Below, piece after piece: positions 8,710 to 17,496 of a stretch of 32,000 nt of DNA. The DNA is from Methanothermobacter thermautotrophicus str. Delta H (GTDB taxonomy: Archaea; Methanobacteriota; Methanobacteria; Methanobacteriales; Methanothermobacteraceae). Numbering within the stretch: the first letter of the stretch is position 1; each line of letters opens with the position of its first letter. The DNA is taken from contig NC_000916.1 in assembly GCF_000008645.1 (NCBI RefSeq), forward strand, positions 240,001 through 272,000. Direction: 5' to 3'. Below the pieces are notes generated by a model. That model was not told where the DNA came from, ran no database searches, and saw only the letters and a list, made by a program, of their open reading frames with translations. The position numbers and the translations under genes were made by a program.

Positions 8710-10058
8710 GCGAGGGAATCGAAATCATAAGGGGAGACCCCAGGAGGGCCCTCATCAAACTATCAGGGCCACTCATAGTTGCAATGCTCCTCACATCCAT
8801 CTACAACCTCGTGGACGCGGTATGGGTGGCAGGCCTTGGAGGCGAGGCCCTCGCAGCCATAGGATTCGTTACACCCATCTACATGATCCTCGTGGGCCTC
8901 TCCAACGGCCTAGGCGCCGGGGCAGCATCATCGGTCTCAAGGTGCCTGGGTGCCGGTGATGAGGAGGGAATGAACAACAGCGCATCCCACACAATCATCA
9001 TCACACTGGCGGTCTCAATAATCCTGACGGTGATAATCGAGATCCTCCTGAGGGACATCCTCCTCTCCCTGGGCGCCGCCGGGGCCCTGAAACCGGCAAT
9101 GGAGTACGGTAGTGTGGTCTTTGCGGGTACCCTCTTCACCCTCTTCCCCGGGGCTGCCTACGGTATACTGAGGTCTGAGGGTGATGCCAGGAGGCCCATG
9201 TATGCCATGGGTTTATCAGCTGTCCTCAACATGGTCCTGGACCCCATCCTCATCTACACGGCGGGCTGGGGGATAGCAGGGGCGGCCTGGGCCACGGTGA
9301 TATCACAGCTCCTGGTGTCGCTCCTCATAATCTACTGGTTCCTCGCAGGGAGGACCTTCACCTCCATAGGCTGGAGCCACTTCAGGGCCGACCGGGGGGT
9401 CGTCTGGTCCATCCTCTCGGTCACCATACCCGCAAGTGCCGAGTTCCTGGTCATGTCCATGGTAACAGCCCTCCTCAACTGGATACTCACATCTGTGGCC
9501 GGGACCTCGGCGGTGGCTGTATACTCCGCAGGGTGGAGGATAGTGATGCTCGCCATAGTCCCGGTGATATCGGTGGCAACAGCCCTTGTGAGCGTATCTG
9601 GCGTGGCATACGGGTCAAGGAACTTCGAAAACCTGGAGGTGGCCCACGGTTACTCAATAAGGCTGGGCCTCCTGATAGCGGGGGCCACGGCGGCCCTCAC
9701 ATTCGTCCTGGCGCCATGGATAGCCTGGATATTCTCCTACTCCCAGGCATCATCCCATCTGGCCCCGAGGATAACCGGGTTCCTGAGGGTCATATGCCTC
9801 TTCTACATCTTCCTGCCCCCGGGTATAATGTCAGGGTCCATATTCCAGGGCGCGGGGCGCGGGATGACGTCCCTCATGCTCTCGGTGATAAGGCAGGTCC
9901 TCCTGGTCGCGGTCTTCGCATACCTCCTCGCCGTGACCCTGGGCCTCGGTGAGGTTGGTGTCTGGTGGGGTGTCGTTGCAGGTGACATCGGGGGTAGCCT
10001 GGTGGCCTACCTGTGGGCCAGACTCTTCATCGGGAGGCTCCGGAGGTACGCTGCCTGA
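8700..10058 (+). CDS. MATE-family multidrug efflux transporter
   Basis: 452 aa polytopic protein; ALIKLSGPLIVAMLLTSIYNLVDAVWVAGLGGEALAAIGFVTPIY, SEGDARRPMYAMGLSAVLNMVLDPILIY typical of MATE. GTG start overlapping the marR end. Confidence 0.9.
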   Translation: MEVSEGIEIIRGDPRRALIKLSGPLIVAMLLTSIYNLVDAVWVAGLGGEALAAIGFVTPIYMILVGLSNGLGAGAASSVSRCLGAGDEEGMNNSASHTIIITLAVSIILTVIIEILLRDILLSLGAAGALKPAMEYGSVVFAGTLFTLFPGAAYGILRSEGDARRPMYAMGLSAVLNMVLDPILIYTAGWGIAGAAWATVISQLLVSLLIIYWFLAGRTFTSIGWSHFRADRGVVWSILSVTIPASAEFLVMSMVTALLNWILTSVAGTSAVAVYSAGWRIVMLAIVPVISVATALVSVSGVAYGSRNFENLEVAHGYSIRLGLLIAGATAALTFVLAPWIAWIFSYSQASSHLAPRITGFLRVICLFYIFLPPGIMSGSIFQGAGRGMTSLMLSVIRQVLLVAVFAYLLAVTLGLGEVGVWWGVVAGDIGGSLVAYLWARLFIGRLRRYAA

Positions 10059-10206
10059 TCATCTTAAAGTTCATATGAAGATCTCAGCCACTCTCCTAAG
10101 CGGATTATAAATTAGTCTCAGAAGCCTTTTTTCTTCAACGGCAGCGTGTGAGGTTTTTATCAGCTTATGGTGAATACTTATCAATGAGTTTATAAAAAAT
10201 ATATTT

Positions 10207-10971
10207 ATGAATGATCCCCCATTGATTGAGAATTATGTTACATACTCTGAAATACGTTCTCGGGTGAATGATAATAGAATGCTGGATCTAAGACAGTATT
10301 CCTGGTTCTATCCGACTACTCTTCTTCCCCTTTTCCATTTGAAGAAAACAAAATCTTTGAGGTGTGAGTTACATCCGGGTGTGAAGCATTATTTTGAGGT
10401 TATGGAACAGGGAAATCCTGGCAAAGGAAAAACATACATTCCCTTCGTTGAACTATTACATGACAGATCCGAAAGGGATCCTCTCAAATACGTATATGAT
10501 TTGTTAGATAAAAGTTATGGTGGGAAGGATGCTTTATGCTTTTTGCTCTCCGAGTTGACCGATAATATTTATCAGCATTCAAAATTCACCTCAGCTTATA
10601 TTCTGGCGCAAAAATATCCTAAGAAAGGTTTCATTGAGATATGTTTTCTTGATGATGGTGTAAGCATACCTCAGAATTTTGAGAATCATGATTATTACTT
10701 TGAATATGACTCTGAAGCAATAATACAAGCTATAAATGGAAAATCCACTAAAGTTACTTACCCTGGAGATCCTGAAAGAGGTTATGGTCTTAATAACATA
10801 CTTAAAATATTTGTTGAGGGTGGGAAAGGCGAACTATTAGTGGTGTCTAGAAAGGGGGCTTTTTATAAATCTCAGGATGCTAAGATGTATGAGTTAGGTA
10901 ATGAGTTTCAAGGGACATTAGTCAGCCTGCGCATACATGAAGGGAAGCTTAACATATATAAATACATTTAA
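10207..10971 (+). CDS. GHKL-type ATP-binding protein (histidine-kinase/anti-sigma-like ATPase domain)
   Basis: 254 aa. N-box-like LSELTDNIYQHS, G1-like IEICFLDDGVSIP, G2-like GYGLNNILKIF. Followed by a STAS-like DUF4325 ORF. TATA-like TTTATAAAAAATATAT upstream. Confidence 0.65.
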   Translation: MNDPPLIENYVTYSEIRSRVNDNRMLDLRQYSWFYPTTLLPLFHLKKTKSLRCELHPGVKHYFEVMEQGNPGKGKTYIPFVELLHDRSERDPLKYVYDLLDKSYGGKDALCFLLSELTDNIYQHSKFTSAYILAQKYPKKGFIEICFLDDGVSIPQNFENHDYYFEYDSEAIIQAINGKSTKVTYPGDPERGYGLNNILKIFVEGGKGELLVVSRKGAFYKSQDAKMYELGNEFQGTLVSLRIHEGKLNIYKYI

Positions 10972-11064
10972 CAAAATATAAACATAGGCACTGTTAGCTG
11001 AATACCATTTGTGGCTCTCTAGAAAAGTATATATGTATGTTAATGTGGTGGTAATCATCTTACC

Positions 11065-11409
11065 GTGGGAAAAGGACGGGATGTGGATATGAAAAATAAA
11101 ATTGAAAAGATACGGCTGGAAAAGCACATCGGTGCACTGCTGGCTTTCAGGGATTATGTGGATGATCTTTTTGAGGAGATAAACAGACTGGATGCGAATG
11201 TAATAGAATTAGATTTCGAAGGCGTGGAATTTATGAGTCGATCCTTCGCTCACGAGTACTTGATGCGAAAATCAAAGTCAGAAAAGGATATTTATGAAAA
11301 AAATAAGTGTCCTTCAATTCAGAAGATGTTAAGTGTTGTTGAAAGGTCCTTTAAGAATCCTCGAAAAATTAGGGTGACGCCTACACCGCATCCTATTAAA
11401 ATAGCTTAA
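11065..11409 (+). CDS. DUF4325 / STAS-like domain protein (start probably ATG at 11089)
   Basis: VIELDFEGVEFMSRSFAHEYLMR motif typical of STAS-like DUF4325 proteins; same strand and just downstream of the GHKL ATPase. Confidence 0.6.
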   Translation: MGKGRDVDMKNKIEKIRLEKHIGALLAFRDYVDDLFEEINRLDANVIELDFEGVEFMSRSFAHEYLMRKSKSEKDIYEKNKCPSIQKMLSVVERSFKNPRKIRVTPTPHPIKIA

Positions 11410-11620
11410 ATTTAGTAAAGAAATCATTTTCCTTGTGTGGGCTAACGATACTCTTGAAACTGTGTTTTCACGGACCCCTTTAAGGTTGTCTTCTGCAATA
11501 CATTTAATTGTCCATTATATTATTCAGCGTATGCTGTCTGAAACAGATTAGATGCAATTCGGTCAAAAAGCAAAATTTGACGTTAAAATGCTCTTATAAT
11601 CAAAAAAAGAATAAATGGGA

Positions 11621-14269
11621 TTATTTTATCTTTCTACGTCCACTGAGGAGGTAACCTGCACCCATGAGACCCACTATTGCAATGATGCCAATGAGGGCGT
11701 AAACTGGCATCTGTGTTGTCTCTGAAGTACCCTCTGTTGATGCTGCTACCTCATAAGCCTTTACATCACCATTTTCAGTGGGTGATGAGGATGCTGAGGT
11801 AGATTGTGAAACTCCTGCCGAACCTGAGGTTCCTGAAGATGTCGCTGCACTCATGGCATCGGATTCACCTCGTGATGAACCATCTGACACTGAATGTTCT
11901 CCATTGCCCTCGTTTGAGGGTTTATCTGTATCAGTAGCTGGAAGATTCTCTCCCCATGCGGCAGCCATTGTATGTTTGAACTTCTCAATCGCGGCACTGT
12001 TCAATGTTGAGAGGCTGACTATCCACTGATTCAGCACTATGTTGGCGCATGTATGATGGCAGCAGACAACACCATACTGATTCACCATGTTGATATACTC
12101 ATTGGCAAGGGAAGCCTTAACCTGGTCTGATGGGCTCCAGTAGCCCTTACGCACTGTTTCGATGAGCCTTGCAATAATTGAAGCCCTTGCATAGGGATTT
12201 GATTTGCTGAAGAATTCATTCAGACCCATGTCATAACTGTCCCTCACGTAGATGCTGTTCACCATATCCCATGTCGATTCAGATACCAGTTCTGGATTTG
12301 TAACCTGCCACATCCAGAGGTTCTCCACAAAGGAATCAATATACCTTGCACCGTCATAGCCGCCTTTCATCATACCCTCAATCCATCTGGGGTTGAGGTA
12401 TCTTGTCAGGAGGTCCCTTGTGAGGAACTGGCTCATCGTTTCTATCTTTGCATCACTGCGGAGGTTATTTATGTACATCTCTGGTTTTGAACCTGAAACT
12501 CTCTCCACTGCAAGGCTGAGGCCTCCGAAGTAGGCTGCTACCATTGGGTGTTCAAGGGCACCGTAGAGGTTTGAGCTCCTGCTGAACATGGCCACAGTCA
12601 CATCCATAAGGTTCTCCCTGAAGATGGAGGGAACCTTCAATCCAGTGATATTTTCACCGTAGGCCGATGAGACCCTCTCAAGGTAGAAACTGGCTAGCTG
12701 ATCACTGTTATTCCAGGTTTCACTTGCAGGTATTGCCTCCTGGAGGCCCGGTGAATAGGCGCCCGGTTCCTCAGAGAATATCCTGAGAAGGGATAATCTC
12801 CTTGCATCGGTCTCACTGAAACCTTCTCCCAGTAGTTTCAGGTAGATGGTTTCTGAGTTGTTCCTGATATGGTTGGGGGTGTCGCTGGCTCCAGCAGCGA
12901 GTTTAACTGCCCTGTCAATGAGGGTTATTATATCCATGTGAAGGTCCCTGTAGAGTCCTGAGGTAACCACTGTAATGTCGATGCGAGGCCTTGTAAGGTT
13001 TGTTATGAGTTCAACGTCCTTGACCCTGCCCTTTGAGTCCCATACAGGTTTAACACCCATGAGGTAGAGTATCTCTGCCTCCATTACTCCCTGGTGCCTC
13101 ATGGTCTCTGAGGCCCACAGGACGAATGCAACCTTTGTGGGATAGGTTCCATGTTTACTCAGGTAATCCTCAAGGAAGCTGTCAACGAGTTTCACTGCAG
13201 TTTCCCATGCAGTTCTGGTTGGAATTGTCCTTGAATCCAGTGGATATGGGTTTCTTCCTGTTGGGAGAGCATCAGGGTTCCTTATAGGGTCACCTCTGGG
13301 ACCGGGTGTTATGTATCCACCTTCAAGGGCTGTGAGTATGGCTGTTATCTCGCTGGTGCAGTTACGGATTCTCTGTGTATACTCAATGGCAAGCTGGAGG
13401 TAGCCTGTTATGGTAGCATTTAAGCTACCAGTGGTTCTGATCTGAGCCTCTTCGGGTGTGAGGTTGTTCAGCACGACCTCCCTCAGCAGACTCTCTGTAG
13501 CTGTCCCATTGATTGGGGGCAGCATCGCAATTAATAGCTGTATGAGTTCTTCGCCTTCGGGTGCTCTTCCAAGGACATGTGGTCCATAGGGTATGTAGCT
13601 TTTTCTGATATCATCAAGGTATGCTGTGACATCTGCGAGGAATTCATCGAAACTGTCGCCTGTGTAGTTGAATCCCACTGTCCGGCTCTGGTTTATGATT
13701 TTATCACGGTAAGCATTCTTCAGGGTGTCATCAACGGTTTCCATGTATAGTCTGATGTTATCATAGAGTTCGGAGAGGTTTCCGTAGAGTCCGGAGGGTA
13801 TAAGTACGGGTGTCATGAAGTTTATGATCAGCATGTTTGCCCTTCGCTTGTCAAAGATTGCGGGGGCGTCCATGGGGAGCACGTGGATTATGGGCATGTC
13901 CTGGAGTAAAACAGCGCCCCAGTCCTTGCTTGATAGGCCCTCCTGTTTTCCCGGCATCAGGGGCACGAGACTGAACACTGATAGTATGGCGTCTGCACGG
14001 TAGACCTTCCTCATCCACCAGTAGAATGCGAGCAGGTTGTGGGTCGGTGGAAGTTTCCCTGTATTGTAGAGTGTGGTGTTATCCTGCAGCCAGCCCCACA
14101 CCGGTTCAGGGGCGAGTAGGATGTTTCCGAATTCCAGTTTTGGTATGACAATGTACTTTCCGGTGCTGTTCGTATAGACCATCAGGTTTCCCAGGGGCGG
14201 GGCCCCATGCATCTGTGACCTCCCTCTGCATATCCAGAGGCAGTTCGCTGAACCAGTTGAGGTATTCAT
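11621..14269 (-). CDS. cobN-like: CobN/magnesium-chelatase H-like protein, C-terminal portion, with Ser/Thr-rich linker and C-terminal TM anchor (frameshifted relative to the N-terminal ORF)
   Basis: LMVYTNSTGKYIVIPKLEFGNILLAPEP, HNLLAFYWWMRK, IIHVLPMDAPAIFDKRRANMLIINFMTPVLIPSGLY, and C-terminal PVYALIGIIAIVGLMGAGYLLSGRRKIK. The first ~28 residues of the ORF are out-of-frame sequence overlapping the upstream ORF. Confidence 0.8.
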   Translation of the reverse strand: MNTSTGSANCLWICRGRSQMHGAPPLGNLMVYTNSTGKYIVIPKLEFGNILLAPEPVWGWLQDNTTLYNTGKLPPTHNLLAFYWWMRKVYRADAILSVFSLVPLMPGKQEGLSSKDWGAVLLQDMPIIHVLPMDAPAIFDKRRANMLIINFMTPVLIPSGLYGNLSELYDNIRLYMETVDDTLKNAYRDKIINQSRTVGFNYTGDSFDEFLADVTAYLDDIRKSYIPYGPHVLGRAPEGEELIQLLIAMLPPINGTATESLLREVVLNNLTPEEAQIRTTGSLNATITGYLQLAIEYTQRIRNCTSEITAILTALEGGYITPGPRGDPIRNPDALPTGRNPYPLDSRTIPTRTAWETAVKLVDSFLEDYLSKHGTYPTKVAFVLWASETMRHQGVMEAEILYLMGVKPVWDSKGRVKDVELITNLTRPRIDITVVTSGLYRDLHMDIITLIDRAVKLAAGASDTPNHIRNNSETIYLKLLGEGFSETDARRLSLLRIFSEEPGAYSPGLQEAIPASETWNNSDQLASFYLERVSSAYGENITGLKVPSIFRENLMDVTVAMFSRSSNLYGALEHPMVAAYFGGLSLAVERVSGSKPEMYINNLRSDAKIETMSQFLTRDLLTRYLNPRWIEGMMKGGYDGARYIDSFVENLWMWQVTNPELVSESTWDMVNSIYVRDSYDMGLNEFFSKSNPYARASIIARLIETVRKGYWSPSDQVKASLANEYINMVNQYGVVCCHHTCANIVLNQWIVSLSTLNSAAIEKFKHTMAAAWGENLPATDTDKPSNEGNGEHSVSDGSSRGESDAMSAATSSGTSGSAGVSQSTSASSSPTENGDVKAYEVAASTEGTSETTQMPVYALIGIIAIVGLMGAGYLLSGRRKIK

Positions 14270-15707
14270 CCTCCGGTATCAGTATGACACTTCCAGATTT
14301 CACCCTGTTTTCAAGTTCACCGGGCGCCCATGTGCCCACATTGCTTCCAACTTCTGCCATGAGGTGTGCGAGTTCTGCCTCTCCGGGCAGTGTTCTGTTG
14401 CCGACGTTGTATCCCCTCTCCTGCATTGCTTTCAGTATCGCTGCTATGCTTGCCTGGGCATTGAGATAGTAGTCGATGTCTGCACCAACATTCGCCTTCC
14501 CCCCACCCTCACTGTAGTAGGTTATCACAATCTTCTTGTCATGGTTGCTGAGTTTTTTGAGGTTCATCCAAGAGATGGTCCTCTTCACTAGCCACTCTAT
14601 CTGGTAATCTATGGGCCTGTTGTATATGACACCCGTAAGAGGGTCGGTTTCCTTGACGCTTATGACTATGGGCTCTATTATCCCATCCATCTCTGCAAGG
14701 GATAACTGGTAGACTTCAGAGCAAGGCACGCCCTGGGTGCTGTTCTCCCAGGATGTGAGGTTCATGCTGGTTGAGAATATTCTGATACCGTTGAGAACCG
14801 TGACGTTGAGTTTCTGAAGATCCTCAACACCTCCTGTCCAGTTCTGTGAATTCAGAGTGGCACCCCTTGAGATTAACACCGCGGCATCGATGATTGCCTT
14901 TCCATTTAACATGATATATTTCATTGAATTGGCGTCCCTGTAGGTGTAGGTTGAGACTATGACGTTGACATTCTTTGACTCGAAGCTCCTTACAAGTGCA
15001 TCCAGTAGTGGACCGTCCCTTGCCATGTCCGTGTACTCTGTGCTCAGTATCCCGACGGTTGGGAAGCCTTCATGGTATCTGCCTGTCCCCCTGTACCAGT
15101 CCAGGTATTCTGTGAGATTACCGAATATCTTCGGTGCATCTGGATGGTATATGCCCCAGAGTGGGCGCTGTTCAGGTGCTGATGGGGTCACATTGAGGTT
15201 GCAGAATGACGCCGCCAGGTAGAGGATGAGGTTCTTCAGGTTCCTCTCGCTGGTATAGTTGAGGTATCTGAGGCTTTCATTGAACCGGGGGTCTGATGTG
15301 CTCACTGTCTGGAGGTTCAGGATCGGCGCGTAACTGTCTCTTGCCAAGGGTTCAACGCATATCATTATGGTTGAGCCACTGTCCCGGGCAGCTCTCAGTT
15401 TATCGCTGAGGGCCTCCCATACAGGTGAGGAAAGACCACTCCTTGTGCCGAAGATTATCACGTCGCCGCTTATATTGTAAGTGAGGTTGGTTTCTGTTCT
15501 ACCGCTCTCTGCCCGTACCTTTATGATGTTTCTAATGTCGCTGTCATTGGCCACCCGGTTTAGCAGTGCAATTTCATTGGGACTTGAGCTCACTATGAGT
15601 ATCTCTGGCATGCTCTGGTTCTGTGCTGTGCCGTTCTCTGCGAATGATGTCCCGCTTGCTGCAAATAGACAGATCACAAGTGCAGTGTATAGTATATGCT
15701 TCTTCAC
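14106..15707 (-). CDS. cobN-like: CobN/magnesium-chelatase H-like protein, N-terminal portion with signal peptide (ends after the frameshift)
   Basis: MKKHILYTALVICLFAASGTSFAENG signal peptide; AEVGSNVGTWAPGELENRVKSGSVILIPEDEYLNWFSELPLDMQREVTDAWGPAPGK, then homology continues in another frame. Confidence 0.8.
   Translation of the reverse strand: MKKHILYTALVICLFAASGTSFAENGTAQNQSMPEILIVSSSPNEIALLNRVANDSDIRNIIKVRAESGRTETNLTYNISGDVIIFGTRSGLSSPVWEALSDKLRAARDSGSTIMICVEPLARDSYAPILNLQTVSTSDPRFNESLRYLNYTSERNLKNLILYLAASFCNLNVTPSAPEQRPLWGIYHPDAPKIFGNLTEYLDWYRGTGRYHEGFPTVGILSTEYTDMARDGPLLDALVRSFESKNVNVIVSTYTYRDANSMKYIMLNGKAIIDAAVLISRGATLNSQNWTGGVEDLQKLNVTVLNGIRIFSTSMNLTSWENSTQGVPCSEVYQLSLAEMDGIIEPIVISVKETDPLTGVIYNRPIDYQIEWLVKRTISWMNLKKLSNHDKKIVITYYSEGGGKANVGADIDYYLNAQASIAAILKAMQERGYNVGNRTLPGEAELAHLMAEVGSNVGTWAPGELENRVKSGSVILIPEDEYLNWFSELPLDMQREVTDAWGPAPGKPDGLYEQHRKVHCHTKTGIRKHPTRP
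14187..14192 (-). other. Frameshift site joining the two CobN-like ORFs (pseudogene lesion, sequencing error or +1 recoding)
   Basis: Minus strand reads CCT GGG AAA CCT GAT in the N-terminal frame and GGA AAC CTG ATG in the C-terminal frame. Skipping one A gives the expected ...WGPAPG-N-LMVY... continuity. Confidence 0.7.
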
Positions 15708-16056
15708 AAGCTCACCTTTTTCAGGTTTATTTTAAAATATTTCAAGTAAAACTTAAAAAAGGAGGTATATAAATCTTGTTAACAATTTTTTATTTTATAT
15801 TATTACAGGCTGTGGCCTTGCAGGTAGGCGCATCTTCCTTGTGGAATGATCCCCGTGCTGAAACATGTGGGGTGTATCTTCCTTTTTTTGGGGGTGCTGT
15901 ATCCTCTTGATTATTCATGAGCCCCTTCATATCTTCTGGATGAGAATACATGTTCTTATGGGTCGTTGTTATCCCCTGGACTAGCCCACTTCAGCTGTTT
16001 TTTTTTCTAATTCCGTGGACACAGCGCAGGAGGGATGCCTCTTTTTATTTTTTGAG

Positions 16057-16275
16057 TCCATATTCCAGGGCGCGGGGCGCGGGATGACGTCCCTCATGCT
16101 CTCGGTGATAAGGCAGGTCCTCCTGGTGGCTGTCTTCGCTTACCTCCTTGCCGTGACCCTGGGCCTCGGCGAGGCGGTGTCTGGTGGGGTGTCGTTGCAG
16201 GTGACATCGGGGGTAGCCTGGTGGCCTACTGTGGGCCAGACTCTTCATCGGGAGGCTCAGGAGGTACGCTGTCTG
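16057..16275 (+). pseudogene. Frameshifted duplicate of the 3' end of the MATE transporter gene (copy of 9837-10056)
   Basis: Near-identical nucleotides by eye, e.g. GTCCATATTCCAGGGCGCGGGGCGCGGGATGACGTCCCTCATGCTCTCGGTGATAAGGCAGGTCCTCCTGGT, with single-base deletions (GAGGTTGGTG to GAGGCGGTG; CTACCTGTG to CTACTGTG). Confidence 0.95.
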
Positions 16276-16424
16276 ATACCTCCTCATGGGCAGCTGGTGG
16301 GTTATCTTTCTGTTCCGGCTGCGGCACTGATCATCCCTACATTCTTTATTGTTTCTTCGTGGTCTCTCTGGGCGCACTGAATAACTGCTCTGAGTAGATT
16401 AATCTGAATCATTTCAGTGAGGAG

Positions 16425-16625
16425 ACTGGAGAGGTCCAGAGTTTTAGAGATCTCAGTCATATGATAGAATTGGAGAATTTATGAGTCGATCCTTCGCTCA
16501 GGAGTACCCGACGCGAAAATCAGGGATATCCATGAAAGATAAGAATCCAGAAGATCAGATGTTGTTGAAAGATCCGTTAAGAATCCTAGAGTGATGCCCA
16601 CGTTGCATAATCCCATTAAATGGCC
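16425..16625 (+). pseudogene. Degenerate duplicate of the 3' part of the DUF4325 STAS-like gene (copy of about 11175-11405)
   Basis: ATTTATGAGTCGATCCTTCGCTCAGGAGTACCCGACGCGAAAATCA matches ATTTATGAGTCGATCCTTCGCTCACGAGTACTTGATGCGAAAATCA. Downstream CAGATGTTG..GAAAGATCC.TTAAGAATCCT...GATGCCCACGTTGCATAATCCCATTAAA also aligns. Confidence 0.85.
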
Positions 16626-17028
16626 TGTTGGTTCACTCTATTTTATGTGAGGCTTCTGCCTGTGAATTCTTCGAGCCTGTCTTAAAGCACAGTAAGCCAT
16701 GAGATACTGAATGTATTTTAAGATGAGGACTGGTAAGCTCTCCCGGGCACTTGAAGACTATGCCTGTAAACTTTATCAAATCATTCTCAATATAGATTTC
16801 GGGCGCTGGCGGTTACTAGACTGGCAATAATCTCTTTATCATACATATCCAAATTTAATTCAAAAAATAAAAAATTAAACAGACTCTTTCCTGATTTTTG
16901 GCGGAAGTGAACTCCTATCAGCTTAATAAGGGATACTCTGTAGAGATTCAACAACACAGAGCATATAAATATTATAAGTTATATAATTCGTTGTAGCAGA
17001 AAAGACCGCAGGAGCAGGTGATTTTTTT

Positions 17029-17310
17029 GTGGCTATGTACAAATTAGAACTCCCCATATCAATTGAAAGAGAAGGAAACTGGTTCATTGCAATCTGCGAG
17101 CCATTTAATGTGGTCAGTCGAGGTAAAAGTGAGGAAAGTGCAGTAGAAAATCTTAAAGAGGCCCTTGAGTTATTTTTAAATGATGAGGATGTTCTGAGAC
17201 AATATTCTACCAAGATCAAGAAATTCGTGGTGCCAAAAAAGGAGCAGTATGTGAGTGTTGAAATACATGACTGGGAGGATACCGCCCCTATCAGGAGTGG
17301 AAGTCTGTAA
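17029..17310 (+). CDS. hicB: HicB-family antitoxin
   Basis: ISIEREGNWFIAICEPFNVVSRGKSEESAVENLKEALELFL matches the HicB pattern; overlaps a HicA-like ORF. Confidence 0.75.
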   Translation: MAMYKLELPISIEREGNWFIAICEPFNVVSRGKSEESAVENLKEALELFLNDEDVLRQYSTKIKKFVVPKKEQYVSVEIHDWEDTAPIRSGSL

Positions 17311-17496
17311 AGCTCTCCAGAAGGATGGTTTCAAGAATGCAGGTGGAAAAGGAAGTCACAGGAAACTTAAAAAAGTAGATAAAGAGGTCCGGTTGTTATT
17401 GTCCCACTTCATGACGAAATTGCACCAAAGACTCTGAATTCTATTCTTAAACGGGCAAAGATAACACGTGAAAGATTTCTGGAGCTTCTAAAATAA
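17267..17496 (+). pseudogene. hicA: HicA-family mRNA interferase toxin, frameshifted
   Basis: IPPLSGVEVCKALQKDGFKNAGGKGSHRKLKKVDKEVR in one frame continues as VIVPLHDEIAPKTLNSILKRAKITRERFLELLK* in the next frame, ending at TAA 17494-17496. Confidence 0.75.

Noticed and set aside
9533-9952. 139 aa plus-strand ORF in another frame of the MATE gene
   Set aside because: Low-complexity Gly/Pro/Arg-rich shadow translation inside a clear transporter gene.
12000-14100. CobN-like gene as a decayed pseudogene
   Set aside because: Apart from the single shift near 14190, both ORFs are long and free of stops, so general decay is not supported.
16045-16377. 110 aa minus-strand ORF
   Set aside because: It is antisense to the duplicated MATE gene fragment, so the open frame is a by-product of GC-rich coding sequence.
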